DNA from: a virus
Direction: 5' to 3' (one strand)
IMG/VR virus record: IMGVR_UViG_3300035146_000036
Length of the DNA stretch: 64,000 nucleotides
Position numbers and translations under genes: made by a program. The notes below the pieces were generated by a model. It made no database searches and was not told the DNA's origin. It saw only the letters and a program-made list of their open reading frames with translations. Positions within the stretch are counted from its first letter, which is position 1. The number at the start of each line of letters is the position of its first letter. Shown here one piece after another: positions 37,105 through 46,202 of this stretch.

Positions 37105-38085
37105 GTGGATTATAGTAAAGAAGCGATAGATAACACTATCTTGAAGGTTAGAGTAGGATCTCATTTATTTGGGACAAATACAGAAGATAGTGATTTAGAT
37201 ATTGAAGGTATTTTTATGCCTCCAATATCTGTTTTATATGGTTTAGGGGAATGCAAGGAGGTTGATTTAAGTGAAGCATCAAAGGATGAAAAGGGTCGGA
37301 ATACATCTGATGCTATAGATTTTAAATTGAGAGAATACAGGACATTTATGCGATTAGCTATTCAGAATAATCCTAATATTTTGAATATTGTTTTTTCAAA
37401 TGATGAAAATGTTATTTTTCAAGACGAATTTGGAGAGCGATTGAGGGGAATGGCAGAGTATTTTCCATATAGAGATGGGTTAAGAAGGTATTATGGATAT
37501 GCTCAATCTCAATTGCAGAAAATGACTATTAAGCCAGATAATTATTCTTATTTAAACAAAGCGTTGGATTTTTTATCTGGATGTAATCAAAAAGCTATTC
37601 TTGTTGATGTAATAAGATCAAAATGTAATCCATTGGCTAGAGTGTTTATTGATAAGGGGCCTGGTAAGCATGTTGTTGTTGCTGATTTGCATTGTGAAAG
37701 GGGACTTCAAGTAGGAAAAGTTGTATCGATGATTAATGGTAGATTAGAAAGGGCTAGTTCAAGAGCTGATAATTGGGAAAGATTTGGATATGATGTGAAA
37801 TTTGCATCGAATTTGATTCAGATTTTAAAGCAAGGCATAGAGCTTGGTAAGACTGGTGTACTTAAATTTCCATTAGGATATAGAGATTTGATTCTTGATA
37901 TAAAGAAAGGCAAGTTTAAGTTATCTGAGGTTGATAATATGGCTACAGATTTGATTGAAGAAATGATTTCTATTATAGAGGGTGAATGTTGTTTGCCAAA
38001 GAAGCCTAGAAGGTTGGAAATTGGAAATTTCACTATTATTGAAGTAAAGAAATGGTGTGACAAGCAGTTTGTTAGTTGTCATTGA
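37105..38085 (+). CDS. Pol-beta superfamily nucleotidyltransferase-fold protein (GS-x11-DxD)
   Basis: VGSHLFGTNTEDSDLDIEGIF matches the NTase motif GS...(D/E)x(D/E) found in CD-NTases and MNT-type enzymes; 326 aa. Confidence 0.5.
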   Translation: MDYSKEAIDNTILKVRVGSHLFGTNTEDSDLDIEGIFMPPISVLYGLGECKEVDLSEASKDEKGRNTSDAIDFKLREYRTFMRLAIQNNPNILNIVFSNDENVIFQDEFGERLRGMAEYFPYRDGLRRYYGYAQSQLQKMTIKPDNYSYLNKALDFLSGCNQKAILVDVIRSKCNPLARVFIDKGPGKHVVVADLHCERGLQVGKVVSMINGRLERASSRADNWERFGYDVKFASNLIQILKQGIELGKTGVLKFPLGYRDLILDIKKGKFKLSEVDNMATDLIEEMISIIEGECCLPKKPRRLEIGNFTIIEVKKWCDKQFVSCH

Positions 38086-38131
38086 TATAATGTTTCACGT
38101 GAAATATTAGTGTTATTAAAGAGAATTAATT

Positions 38132-38147
38132 GCGAACTCGAGTTCGT
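38132..38147. promoter_or_regulatory. palindrome copy 8 (GCGAACTCGAGTTCGt)
   Basis: 15/16; directly upstream of TTGACA promoter 38155. Confidence 0.7.
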
Positions 38148-38154
38148 TATGATT

Positions 38155-38183
38155 GTTGACAAAATATTAATTAAGTGATAAGT
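38155..38183 (+). promoter_or_regulatory. sigma-70-type promoter TTGACA-N17-TAAGTA
   Basis: Follows palindrome copy 8. Confidence 0.4.
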
Positions 38184-38217
38184 ATGAAATGATATTGGTA
38201 TAGATATCAATGGAGTT

Positions 38218-38664
38218 GTGATGGGTAATAAGATTGTGATTTGTCCATATTGTGGAAAGAAGGCTGAATTAAAAACTGGCAGAGAAATATATTTGGGTAG
38301 GGGTTCTTGGGATGGTAAAAAGTTTTGGGTTTGTGAGCCTTGTAATGCTTGGGTTGGGTGTCATGACCGAAATAAGAGATATGGGCGTGTTGGTGATGAA
38401 CCATTAGGTAGACTTGCTAATAAAGAGTTGAGAGAAGCGAAGATGAAAGCTCATTTGGCATTTGACCCTATTTGGAAAGAGAAAAGTATGAAGCGTAAAG
38501 AGGCTTATGCATGGCTTGCTAAGAAGTTAGGAATACCTGCTGAGGAATGTCATATAGGAATGTTTGATGTAGACATGTGTAGAGAAGTGGTAATAGTAAT
38601 GTCTGATTATTCGTTAGTAGTTGCAAATGCAATTTGTGGGCATCAACTTGGGAAATTGGAATGA
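38218..38664 (+). CDS. zinc-ribbon domain protein
   Basis: CPYCGK...CEPC..W.GCH. Confidence 0.5.
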   Translation: MMGNKIVICPYCGKKAELKTGREIYLGRGSWDGKKFWVCEPCNAWVGCHDRNKRYGRVGDEPLGRLANKELREAKMKAHLAFDPIWKEKSMKRKEAYAWLAKKLGIPAEECHIGMFDVDMCREVVIVMSDYSLVVANAICGHQLGKLE

Positions 38665-38879
38665 AAATGTCTAATAATAAATATAGGCTAAATATTGAAC
38701 TTACAGATCAAGTAATGAAAAGATTGAACAAATTAGTTGTGGAAAGTGATTCAAGTTCTAAGACTGATGTTATTAGAAAATCGCTTGCTTTATATGAGAC
38801 AATAATGCGGATTCGAAAAGAAGATGGACAAGTTATATTATTATTAAGAGACGGAAATCAGATGGAATTGGTATTTTAA
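38634..38879 (+). CDS. ribbon-helix-helix-like small DNA-binding protein (likely start ATG 38657)
   Basis: YRLNIELTDQVMKRLNKLV resembles the RHH beta-strand + helix. Confidence 0.4.
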   Translation: MWASTWEIGMKMSNNKYRLNIELTDQVMKRLNKLVVESDSSSKTDVIRKSLALYETIMRIRKEDGQVILLLRDGNQMELVF

Positions 38880-38950
38880 ATAGGAGTGTCATATTATGGT
38901 GGTTTGACAAGGAAACAACGTAATAAATTAGAGCAGATCTATGATTATTT

Positions 38951-39151
38951 TTGGGGAGTTTATTAATGGAAACAAATGAACAATTTTATAATGATATTGA
39001 TAAAGCAAGAGAAGAAGGAAAGATTAGTTTAACAGAATGGGAGATTGATTTTATTGATTCAATTGGTGAACGATTGGATATGGGACGTGATTTATCCAGG
39101 AAACAGCGTGAAACGCTGGATAGAATTCATGAAAAAATAAGACCATGGTAG
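38951..39151 (+). CDS. hypothetical protein
   Basis: ORF track. Confidence 0.45.
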   Translation: MGSLLMETNEQFYNDIDKAREEGKISLTEWEIDFIDSIGERLDMGRDLSRKQRETLDRIHEKIRPW

Positions 39152-39630
39152 ATGATAAATATTTAATAGATGCAGCTGTTAGAATACTTGCATCTGTTTC
39201 TGATAGACACCTTGATGTGATTAAGCTTAATAAAATTCTTTTTTATCTTGATTTGAAATCATTGCTTGAGTGTAGTGAAACAGTAACTCATAAAGATTTT
39301 ATTGCAATAAAGCAGGGGCCAGTAATTTTAAATTACAGAAAATGTCTTGTTGATTCTATGAAAGAAAAAGGTTTGATTGTTGTTGAAGGTGATACGTTAA
39401 TATTGTTGAACAGGACAGGTTTTGATGGGAAATTTTATTCTGATGAATTTTTATATGTTTTAGACCTTAGCAATGATGATTCTTTTTGGGATTGGTATAA
39501 AGAAAATATTGGTTGGCAGATTGCATATAGAGAGGGATTAGGAAGAGGGAGGAAACCACAATTTATTAATATGCATTTGGCTATGCAACAGATAGTTGAT
39601 GATAATTGGAGGTATGAAAATGTTGAATAG
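39145..39630 (+). CDS. Panacea-domain (DUF4065/SocA-like) protein
   Basis: LNKILFYLDLKSLLECSETVTHKDFIAIKQGPVI matches the Panacea core (KL.KLLY..D.......G.P...E.F.A...GPV). Confidence 0.55.
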   Translation: MVDDKYLIDAAVRILASVSDRHLDVIKLNKILFYLDLKSLLECSETVTHKDFIAIKQGPVILNYRKCLVDSMKEKGLIVVEGDTLILLNRTGFDGKFYSDEFLYVLDLSNDDSFWDWYKENIGWQIAYREGLGRGRKPQFINMHLAMQQIVDDNWRYENVE

Positions 39631-39799
39631 AATAAAGAATTTTTTTGGTAGAATTATTTGTATGTGTGTTGGTTGCAAAATGGATCGTGATGTTTCTATA
39701 GTCGAGGAGTGGAAGTGTACTAGGTGTGGATATCATCATAAGAAGATTGAGTGGCCAACGGTAGATGTAAATTATAATCATTTTGATGATGCAAGTTGA
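39596..39799 (+). CDS. zinc-ribbon protein
   Basis: CVGC...CTRCG. Confidence 0.45.
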   Translation: MMIIGGMKMLNRIKNFFGRIICMCVGCKMDRDVSIVEEWKCTRCGYHHKKIEWPTVDVNYNHFDDAS

Positions 39800-39805
39800 G
39801 ATAAT

Positions 39806-40018
39806 ATGAAACCTATTATAAAAGTAAGTGGTGAAGTTATTACTATTAAAGAGTTGAAGGATTTTGTAAAAGATTTACCAGAAAAAGATAGTTATACTGG
39901 TGATGATTATGAAGTATGGATTGGTAGAGGAAATATATCAAATCCATGTAGACAATTATGGACATTAAATAAGAGTGACCGTGGTTGTGATATTTTATTG
40001 AGTGATGATGTTGGTTAA
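39806..40018 (+). CDS. hypothetical protein
   Basis: ORF track. Confidence 0.5.
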   Translation: MKPIIKVSGEVITIKELKDFVKDLPEKDSYTGDDYEVWIGRGNISNPCRQLWTLNKSDRGCDILLSDDVG

Positions 40019-40042
40019 AGTAATTATTGGAATAGCAATTAA

Positions 40043-40282
40043 ATGAGTACCGTGAAGATAAAAAATGATGCTGATCTAAAAAAAGCTTTTAATCGTCTCG
40101 ATGAAATTTGGACATCAAAGCCAGGTGAAGAGAACTGGGAAGAACGTTGTGACTTGGTGGACAAGATTGAACAATATGAGAATTTGACTGTTGATATTTC
40201 TCCACCAAATCCGGTTGATGCGATTCTTTTTAGAATGGAGCAAAGTAACCTGCTTTTGGAGGTGATTAATAATGAAAAATAA
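40043..40282 (+). CDS. HigA-type antitoxin N-terminal domain protein (stand-alone)
   Basis: IKNDADLKKAFNRLDEIWTSKPGEENWEERCDLVDKIEQYE matches the HigA N-domain pattern (I.tE.dYe.Al..i..L...pgt.e.d.L..L..LIe.YE). Confidence 0.5.
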   Translation: MSTVKIKNDADLKKAFNRLDEIWTSKPGEENWEERCDLVDKIEQYENLTVDISPPNPVDAILFRMEQSNLLLEVINNEK

Positions 40283-40520
40283 TGAATTTGGTAGGCATCT
40301 AAATGCTATCCGCATTAGCAAAAATATAAGTCTTGATGAATTAGCAAATGAAACCCAAATAGCTTCATGGGTTTTATGGAGTTATGAAGAAGGGAAGGAA
40401 ATTCCTAAAAAACCTAAAGTGCATGCGATAGCAAGAGCATTAGGTTGTGATGCTAGGAATCTTTTGGATTCAAGGAAGTATTCATTAGCGGAGAAACGGA
40501 GAAACAGCAATGAAATTTGA
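40272..40520 (+). CDS. XRE-family HTH protein (possible C-terminal half of a split HigA-like regulator)
   Basis: FGRHLNAIRISKNISLDELANETQIA...IPKKPKVHAIARALGCDARNLL = Cro/C1-type HTH; overlaps the previous ORF by 11 nt in another frame. Confidence 0.5.
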   Translation: MKNNEFGRHLNAIRISKNISLDELANETQIASWVLWSYEEGKEIPKKPKVHAIARALGCDARNLLDSRKYSLAEKRRNSNEI

Positions 40521-40776
40521 GGAGAACAAATCAATAGGGCATAAGGAAGGGGATTTTTTTATTGGTGGAAAGATGGTAACAGTACCAATTCCTCAATGGG
40601 AGAACACCTCACAAGGTGATGCTATACGTTGTAAAAGAAGAGCAAGTGGTATTACATTGAGAAGAGCTGCATCTATGATAGGAATAACTGGTACAGAATT
40701 GACAGGGTTAGAGATAGGGAAATATAGTATTTCAGAAGATGATTTTGATGATATTATGAGAAAATTGAGTGAGTAA
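40510..40776 (+). CDS. XRE-family HTH protein
   Basis: ITLRRAASMIGITGTELTGLEIGK HTH. Confidence 0.45.
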   Translation: MKFEENKSIGHKEGDFFIGGKMVTVPIPQWENTSQGDAIRCKRRASGITLRRAASMIGITGTELTGLEIGKYSISEDDFDDIMRKLSE

Positions 40777-40778
40777 TA

Positions 40779-41060
40779 ATGTTTGATAAATATGATGAAA
40801 TGATAAAACGTGAAAGGGAAAAATGGCTTTGTGAAAGAAAAAAATGGTATAATAAAATTGAAAAAAATTTTGAGGTAAAATCATGTAAAGGTTTAGCTAA
40901 TAAATATTGGTTTATTTTAGCAGTAATATTTTTATCTTTGGTATCTTTGCCTTTTTGGGTTCCTACTAATATTTTAAGAATAATAGGTAATGTTTTCCCA
41001 TTAATTGGATTATGTTTGTCATTGTTAGCATTATTATTATTATTTTATAGGAATAGGTGA
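40779..41060 (+). CDS. small membrane protein (2 TM)
   Basis: YWFILAVIFLSLVSLPFWV and LIGLCLSLLALLLLF. Confidence 0.5.
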   Translation: MFDKYDEMIKREREKWLCERKKWYNKIEKNFEVKSCKGLANKYWFILAVIFLSLVSLPFWVPTNILRIIGNVFPLIGLCLSLLALLLLFYRNR

Positions 41061-41063
41061 ATT

Positions 41064-41366
41064 ATGACTTGGTTTCGTAATATGACTTATTATGAATGGG
41101 CGTTAATTATGTGTAAGGAACTTAAAGAATGGAAAAAGACTGCACCAATATTAACGGATGAGGAGGCTTATGAAAGATTAAATGGGCTTGGTTACCTTAC
41201 AACAGATAGAGAATCTAGGGTGAAAATTTTAAATGTTGGATTATGGATTAGTGCAACGTTGGTTGATTTTGATGAAGGTTATCATTTAGATGCAAGACCA
41301 TGTTTTTTGAATAAGGATGGACATTTGAGGAAGATGAAAGTAGGGCCATTGGCTTTTGAGTTATAA
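41064..41366 (+). CDS. hypothetical protein
   Basis: ORF track. Confidence 0.5.
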   Translation: MTWFRNMTYYEWALIMCKELKEWKKTAPILTDEEAYERLNGLGYLTTDRESRVKILNVGLWISATLVDFDEGYHLDARPCFLNKDGHLRKMKVGPLAFEL

Positions 41367-41571
41367 GGAGATAGTTAAGATGGTTGTTGCTAAATTGCAT
41401 ATTATATGTGGTAATTGTGGAAAAGATGATGAATTTGAACATGATATTTTGCTTGGTCAAAAAGGTGCTAGAATGAAATCAACTCGTGTATTTTTGAAGT
41501 GTAAAAATTGTGGTACTATTCATGAATTAGATAATTATTCTGAGTTGAATGCTATTCAAGAAGAAATTTAA
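41356..41571 (+). CDS. zinc-ribbon protein
   Basis: CGNCGK...CKNCG. Confidence 0.5.
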   Translation: MSYKEIVKMVVAKLHIICGNCGKDDEFEHDILLGQKGARMKSTRVFLKCKNCGTIHELDNYSELNAIQEEI

Positions 41572-41573
41572 AT

Positions 41574-41765
41574 ATGTTATTGAAAATAGATAAAAATGGT
41601 ATTTGGGATTTAGACAGAGGATGTTATATTGTATGGACAGGTTTGGATGCAAGGTTGCATTGTTTAGGTGATAAAATTGAAAAGTTGAATGATTGGTTTG
41701 CTGATGTCTGTAGAAAACATCCTATCAATATTGAAGACGATAAAAACGGGGGTAGTATCTCTTGA
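41574..41765 (+). CDS. hypothetical protein
   Basis: ORF track. Confidence 0.45.
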   Translation: MLLKIDKNGIWDLDRGCYIVWTGLDARLHCLGDKIEKLNDWFADVCRKHPINIEDDKNGGSIS

Positions 41766-42072
41766 GTCAGAAGTAGTATTTTTGATTGAAGAAAAATTTA
41801 AAGAATTTGGTATTAAATATTCAAAAGAAGTTTTTTTATCTAAAGGATGCAGAGTAGATCTTTTGACAGAAGATGGGATTGCTATAGAAGTAAAAAAGGG
41901 CAAGCCAAATACAAGATCTGTATCAATGCAAATTAAAAGATATGCGAGTAGTGATAAAGTAACGGCTGTAGTTCTTGTATCTGAGAGGGGATTATTTAGT
42001 CATATAACAGAAGCAAATGGCAAACCGATTGGGTATGTTTCATTATCATCGAATTGGGGAGTAGCTTTATGA
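41689..42072 (+). CDS. possible PD-(D/E)xK nuclease-fold protein (start uncertain, maybe TTG ~41763)
   Basis: GCRVDLLTEDGIAIEVKKG resembles a D...E.K restriction-endonuclease-like core; overlaps the previous ORF. Confidence 0.3.
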   Translation: MIGLLMSVENILSILKTIKTGVVSLESEVVFLIEEKFKEFGIKYSKEVFLSKGCRVDLLTEDGIAIEVKKGKPNTRSVSMQIKRYASSDKVTAVVLVSERGLFSHITEANGKPIGYVSLSSNWGVAL

Positions 42073-42191
42073 AGATGTGTGTTAATGGGTGTAATGAGCC
42101 GGTTCATGATCCATCAAAAGTTTTATGTAAAAGATGTTTAGATGAATTGGATAAAAAGATGAAGACAATATTGAAACGGATGAAGGATAGA

Positions 42192-42207
42192 GCGAACTCG
42201 AGTTCGC
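42192..42207. promoter_or_regulatory. palindrome copy 9
   Basis: Exact; 15 nt before ATG 42223. Confidence 0.7.
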
Positions 42208-42222
42208 AGAAAGGTTGAGAAG

Positions 42223-42600
42223 ATGAAGTTTCATAATTGGACAGAAGAAGATGATAGTAAGTTGAAGGTAGCTATAAGAGATTGTCAGCCTATTTTTGAC
42301 CACTATAAGGAACAAGGTAAAACTTATAGTGAAGCTAATGCATGGGATGCTATTGCTGGAAGATTGTTGCCTGATATTTGTGTCACAGGTGCAGCATGTA
42401 GAAGACGATACGAGAAAATAAAGGAAAAAGAGAGTAGTGGTTGGGAGGATACAATAGAAAAAGTTGAGGCTTATGAGCGTGGATTAGCAGAGACAACTTT
42501 TGATGGAGTTTCTGAATTGCTTGGTAATGTAGATGCTATATTTGACGCTATAAGAGATATAAGAGAAGAGATTAGAGAATTAAAAGACATTTGGAAATGA
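42223..42600 (+). CDS. hypothetical protein
   Basis: ORF track; follows palindrome copy 9 + AGAAAGG RBS. Confidence 0.55.
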   Translation: MKFHNWTEEDDSKLKVAIRDCQPIFDHYKEQGKTYSEANAWDAIAGRLLPDICVTGAACRRRYEKIKEKESSGWEDTIEKVEAYERGLAETTFDGVSELLGNVDAIFDAIRDIREEIRELKDIWK

Positions 42601-42756
42601 AAATTAATTGGATTGTTATTTTGAAAGTTGATGATAGGGTACCAGAGTTTTATCCATGTGAAGAGAATAGTGAAGCTGAAAGATTGTATGAACATTTCAA
42701 GCAGAATTGGTCAAACGTGTATTTGTGTAAAGTAGAAAAGGGACCGTTGGTATAAT

Positions 42757-44526
42757 ATGGCAGATGAATTTCCTGATTACTTAAAAGAACCGACAAATAT
42801 TGGTTATAAATATGGAGATCTTTATTATAGAAAGGGAAGGTTTATTCTGTCTGGCGAACCTGTCATGATGGAATTTGCAAAGCGTGTCTTTCCTGGTGCT
42901 CAAGTAGGAGGATATAGAAAAACAGGGAAATTATCATTTGGAAGGTCATCTAGAGAAGTTTCAGATCTTAATTGGATGATGATGAGATTTCCGTTGAATG
43001 TGCATTGCAAGGAATACTTAGATAAAGCAAGAGACACTGCGGTTGACAGATGGTTTGGATTAGCAACTGGAAATAATTTAAAGCCAACCACTCCACCATC
43101 TGAGTTTTTAGGGAAGTTATATCCATATCAAGAAGAAGCTGTTACTTTTATGACATCAAATAAAAGAGTTTTATTAGGAGACAGCATGGGATTGGGTAAA
43201 ACATGGAGTGCTCTTGGTGCAGTAGCTCAATCTAAGATGTATCCGTGTTTAGTAGTATGTCAGGCACATGTTCAATTACAATGGCAAAGAGCTATAGGAT
43301 CTCTTTTTGATATGGGTAGTGGATATCAGAAGAGTCTTTTTGATACTGATTTTGATATATCAATAAAAAGAGGAAAATCTTTAGCACCTATATTAAAGGG
43401 AAGGACATCATACAGAATTCCAAGATTGCCATTTTCAATAATACATTATGGATTGATTGCATGGTGGGAAGAAGAATTATTGGCAAATAGATTTAAAACT
43501 GTAATTTTTGATGAAATTCAAGAATTACGACATAGTGACACTAAAAAATATTCTACTGCTTCTCTTTTGTCTGGGGAAGCAGAACACGTTTATGGGTTAT
43601 CAGGAACTCCAATTTACGGGTACGGTTCAGAGATATGGTCAGTTACAAATGCTGTTGATTTTAATTGCTTAGGGTCACAGGAGGCATTTGGTAGGGAGTG
43701 GTGTGATGGGTATGGGTCTAAGATAGTAAAGGATCCAAAGGCATTACACGGTCATATGGTGCGTGAGGGATTGCTTCTTAGACGTAAATATGATGATGTA
43801 ATGCCTGATTTGCCGAAAGTAATAAGAAGAGTTCAAGATCTTGAACAAGATGATGAATTGTATGAACAATTAATTGAAACAGCTAAAAGGAGAGCTGATG
43901 TTTGGCTTACTTCTTCTTTTACTGAGAAAGGTAGATTAGCAAGAGAGATAGAGGGAGAAACAAGACAAGCTGCAGGTATAGCAAAAGCAAAATATGTAGC
44001 TGAGTTTGTGGCTTCATTGATAGAAGCAGGAGAGAAACCACTTATTTATGCTTGGCATCATGCTGTTCATAATATTCTTCGTGAGACATTGGCAAGATAT
44101 GAACCCAGTTTTATAACTGGAAAACAGACGCAAATACAAAAAGATAGGGCAATACGTAAATTTGTTAATGGTGAAAATGATGTTGTTATTTTAAGTTTGA
44201 GGTCTGCATCTGGAATAGATGGTCTTCAATATCGTGCAACATGTTGTGTTTTTGCTGAATTAGATTGGAGTCCGGCAGTTCACGGGCAAAGTGAGACAAG
44301 AATTGCAAGAATAGGTGTAGACTCAACAGTGAAAGAAGTTCCTGCTTATTATTGTGTTTCACGAAGCGGATTTGATGAAATAATATTAGATGTTTTAGGT
44401 GTAAAGAAAGGACAATTTTTAGGATTGATGGGGGATGAACCTGAAGATGAACAAGAGGAATATGTTGCTTCACAAAGAATAGCTTCGAGAATAAAACTTT
44501 TGGTTGAAAAGTTGACAAATGGTTAA
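42757..44526 (+). CDS. SNF2-family DNA helicase/translocase
   Basis: SNF2_N motif I LLGDSMGLGKTWSALG; DEIQELRH (motif II); C-terminal helicase domain. Confidence 0.75.
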   Translation: MADEFPDYLKEPTNIGYKYGDLYYRKGRFILSGEPVMMEFAKRVFPGAQVGGYRKTGKLSFGRSSREVSDLNWMMMRFPLNVHCKEYLDKARDTAVDRWFGLATGNNLKPTTPPSEFLGKLYPYQEEAVTFMTSNKRVLLGDSMGLGKTWSALGAVAQSKMYPCLVVCQAHVQLQWQRAIGSLFDMGSGYQKSLFDTDFDISIKRGKSLAPILKGRTSYRIPRLPFSIIHYGLIAWWEEELLANRFKTVIFDEIQELRHSDTKKYSTASLLSGEAEHVYGLSGTPIYGYGSEIWSVTNAVDFNCLGSQEAFGREWCDGYGSKIVKDPKALHGHMVREGLLLRRKYDDVMPDLPKVIRRVQDLEQDDELYEQLIETAKRRADVWLTSSFTEKGRLAREIEGETRQAAGIAKAKYVAEFVASLIEAGEKPLIYAWHHAVHNILRETLARYEPSFITGKQTQIQKDRAIRKFVNGENDVVILSLRSASGIDGLQYRATCCVFAELDWSPAVHGQSETRIARIGVDSTVKEVPAYYCVSRSGFDEIILDVLGVKKGQFLGLMGDEPEDEQEEYVASQRIASRIKLLVEKLTNG

Positions 44527-44545
44527 TTGATGATTATGAATAGAG

Positions 44546-44893
44546 TTGATTAAGGCTAAGAAGGAAGTAAAAATGTCTTGTATTTACAAACATACAGTTC
44601 AAATTTCAGATGATGAAGAATTTTGGAAATGTCCCAAATGTGGTGCTGGTGTTGAGTATACTGATGAATATGGAGGTGTTCAGGAAGGATTTGTAATATC
44701 TGATTCCGTTAATTACGATTGTGAATTATTGCACGAAGATGATGAATTAGAATGTTGCAGATGTGGATATACTGCATCTGGGTTAGAATATATTAGAGAG
44801 TATATAAAAATGAAAAATTTGGTTAAATGTCCTTGTTGTAAGGGAAAAGGAATGATAACAAAAAATAAGGCTGAAGAATATAAAAATAGATAG
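44546..44893 (+). CDS. multi zinc-ribbon protein
   Basis: CPKCG, CCRCG, CPCCKGKG. Confidence 0.5.
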   Translation: MIKAKKEVKMSCIYKHTVQISDDEEFWKCPKCGAGVEYTDEYGGVQEGFVISDSVNYDCELLHEDDELECCRCGYTASGLEYIREYIKMKNLVKCPCCKGKGMITKNKAEEYKNR

Positions 44894-44901
44894 GATTAAC
44901 A

Positions 44902-45216
44902 GTGAAGCATTTAATTTTTACTGCAAAATACAACAGATTGATATCTAATAATGAAATTTTATCTATATTTCATGGTGCTTGTGAAAAAGCTAATGCTCAT
45001 ATTAGGCGTTCTATTGAATATTCATTTTATCCTGGTGGTTTTACAGCGGTAGTTATATTAGCTGAGAGTCACGCATCAATTCATACGTGGCCAGAAACCG
45101 GATTGATAAGGGTTGATTTCTTTTCTTGTTCTATGTCTCCAAATTTTGATGATTTTACAGATTATTTTAGGGAAAGTGGATTTATTGTGAACAAAGTTGA
45201 TATTTTGGAGAGATGA
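44902..45216 (+). CDS. speH: S-adenosylmethionine decarboxylase proenzyme (pyruvoyl-dependent, SpeH/SpeD-type)
   Basis: LAESHASIHTWPE contains the ES self-cleavage site and TWPE hallmark; about 100 aa small archaeal/Bacillus-type form. Confidence 0.7.
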   Translation: MKHLIFTAKYNRLISNNEILSIFHGACEKANAHIRRSIEYSFYPGGFTAVVILAESHASIHTWPETGLIRVDFFSCSMSPNFDDFTDYFRESGFIVNKVDILER

Positions 45217-45258
45217 GTTTTTTTAGGGAATAGGGTGAATTTTTGTGAAAAAAATAAG

Positions 45259-45286
45259 TTGACAAATGCTTTTAGATGAATAAAAT
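45259..45286 (+). promoter_or_regulatory. sigma-70-type promoter TTGACA-N16-TAAAAT
   Basis: aaaaataagTTGACAaatgcttttagatgaaTAAAAT. Confidence 0.55.
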
Positions 45287-45309
45287 GGTTAGTAGATGGT
45301 TGGCAAGAT

Positions 45310-45555
45310 GTGAACCAAAAGGAGAAAGAGATGTCGGCAAATAGTTTTGATAAAGAAGAGTTTGCCAAAGAAGTATTTGGTGAAATGCTTGATGATGTGA
45401 TAAAGTGGATTAGGAAAGAATTAGACCCAGATGAAGTATTTTCTGATGAAGCTTTGATAGATTGGGTGACAAGTAACAAAAGCCCAGAAGATGTTTTTGA
45501 TTTTGAAGATCTTGAAAAATGGGCTATTGATAATATGGAGATTATGCATCGATAG
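45310..45555 (+). CDS. hypothetical acidic protein
   Basis: ORF track; TTGACA promoter 45259. Confidence 0.5.
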   Translation: MNQKEKEMSANSFDKEEFAKEVFGEMLDDVIKWIRKELDPDEVFSDEALIDWVTSNKSPEDVFDFEDLEKWAIDNMEIMHR

Positions 45556-45627
45556 AGCAAAGAGATGAATTATTTGATTAAGTAGTTTATTTTTGTTCTT
45601 TGAAAATTGAATAAAGTATATGATTTA

Positions 45628-45978
45628 GGGGTCGATTTGGTTTCGACATTTGACTAGATTGATATTATGCATGTTCCGCTTTGGGTATTCAGCGGATTAA
45701 AAAGAATGCTTGAATACAATCGTCAGACATAACGATAGCCAAGTTTGGGCTGAAGCTGCCTAAACCGTCCAAGTGCTGATTGCCTGTGTAGGTATAAGGG
45801 CGTCATTTTTACAGGATAGTGACCATTTTTCATGGGAAATGGTGAGCGAAAATGACCATGAAGAATTTGTATGTAGTTGTCTATCATTGCATGCAAATTA
45901 TTTAGATAGACTAAACATGTGAAGATTAATATTGAGATGTCTAAATGGACTGGGGTTCGATTCCCCACGACTCCAACT
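45628..45978 (+). ncRNA. ssrA: tmRNA (ssrA-like), tag approx (A)NDSQVWAEAA
   Basis: 5' GGGGUCGAUUUGGUUUCGAC matches the tmRNA 5' consensus GGGGnnGAUUnnGGnUUCGAC; 3' T-arm CUGGGGUUCGAUUCCCCA + acceptor CGACUCC pairing with 5' GGGGUCG; tag ORF aac gat agc caa gtt tgg gct gaa gct gcc TAA at 45731-45763, about 100 nt from the 5' end as in E. coli (ANDENYALAA); CCA not encoded. Confidence 0.75.
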
Positions 45979-45982
45979 ATAT

Positions 45983-46192
45983 GGGAATGATGTGTGGTGG
46001 GACACACTGGAAATGGTCAACGAGGCTCTTCAAGTAAGTTGTAAGATATTTATACCTAACCGCATAGGCGAATGATATCTTATGGGTTAATACTGAACAA
46101 AGATGCGTTCCAAGCTTTCATGATTTATCTGGCGAGATTTATTGTGTAAAGATTCCATAAACTCGTTTCCGGTTCGAATCCGGACATTCCCC
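45983..46192 (+). ncRNA. tRNA-like gene with ~130-nt insertion (interrupted tRNA / structured RNA)
   Basis: Perfect 7-bp acceptor GGGAATG/CATTCCC; D-arm GTGT-GGTGGGAC-ACAC; perfect T-arm TCCGG-TTCGAAT-CCGGA; halves are 210 nt apart. Confidence 0.3.
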
Positions 46193-46202
46193 TAGTAATA
46201 TT

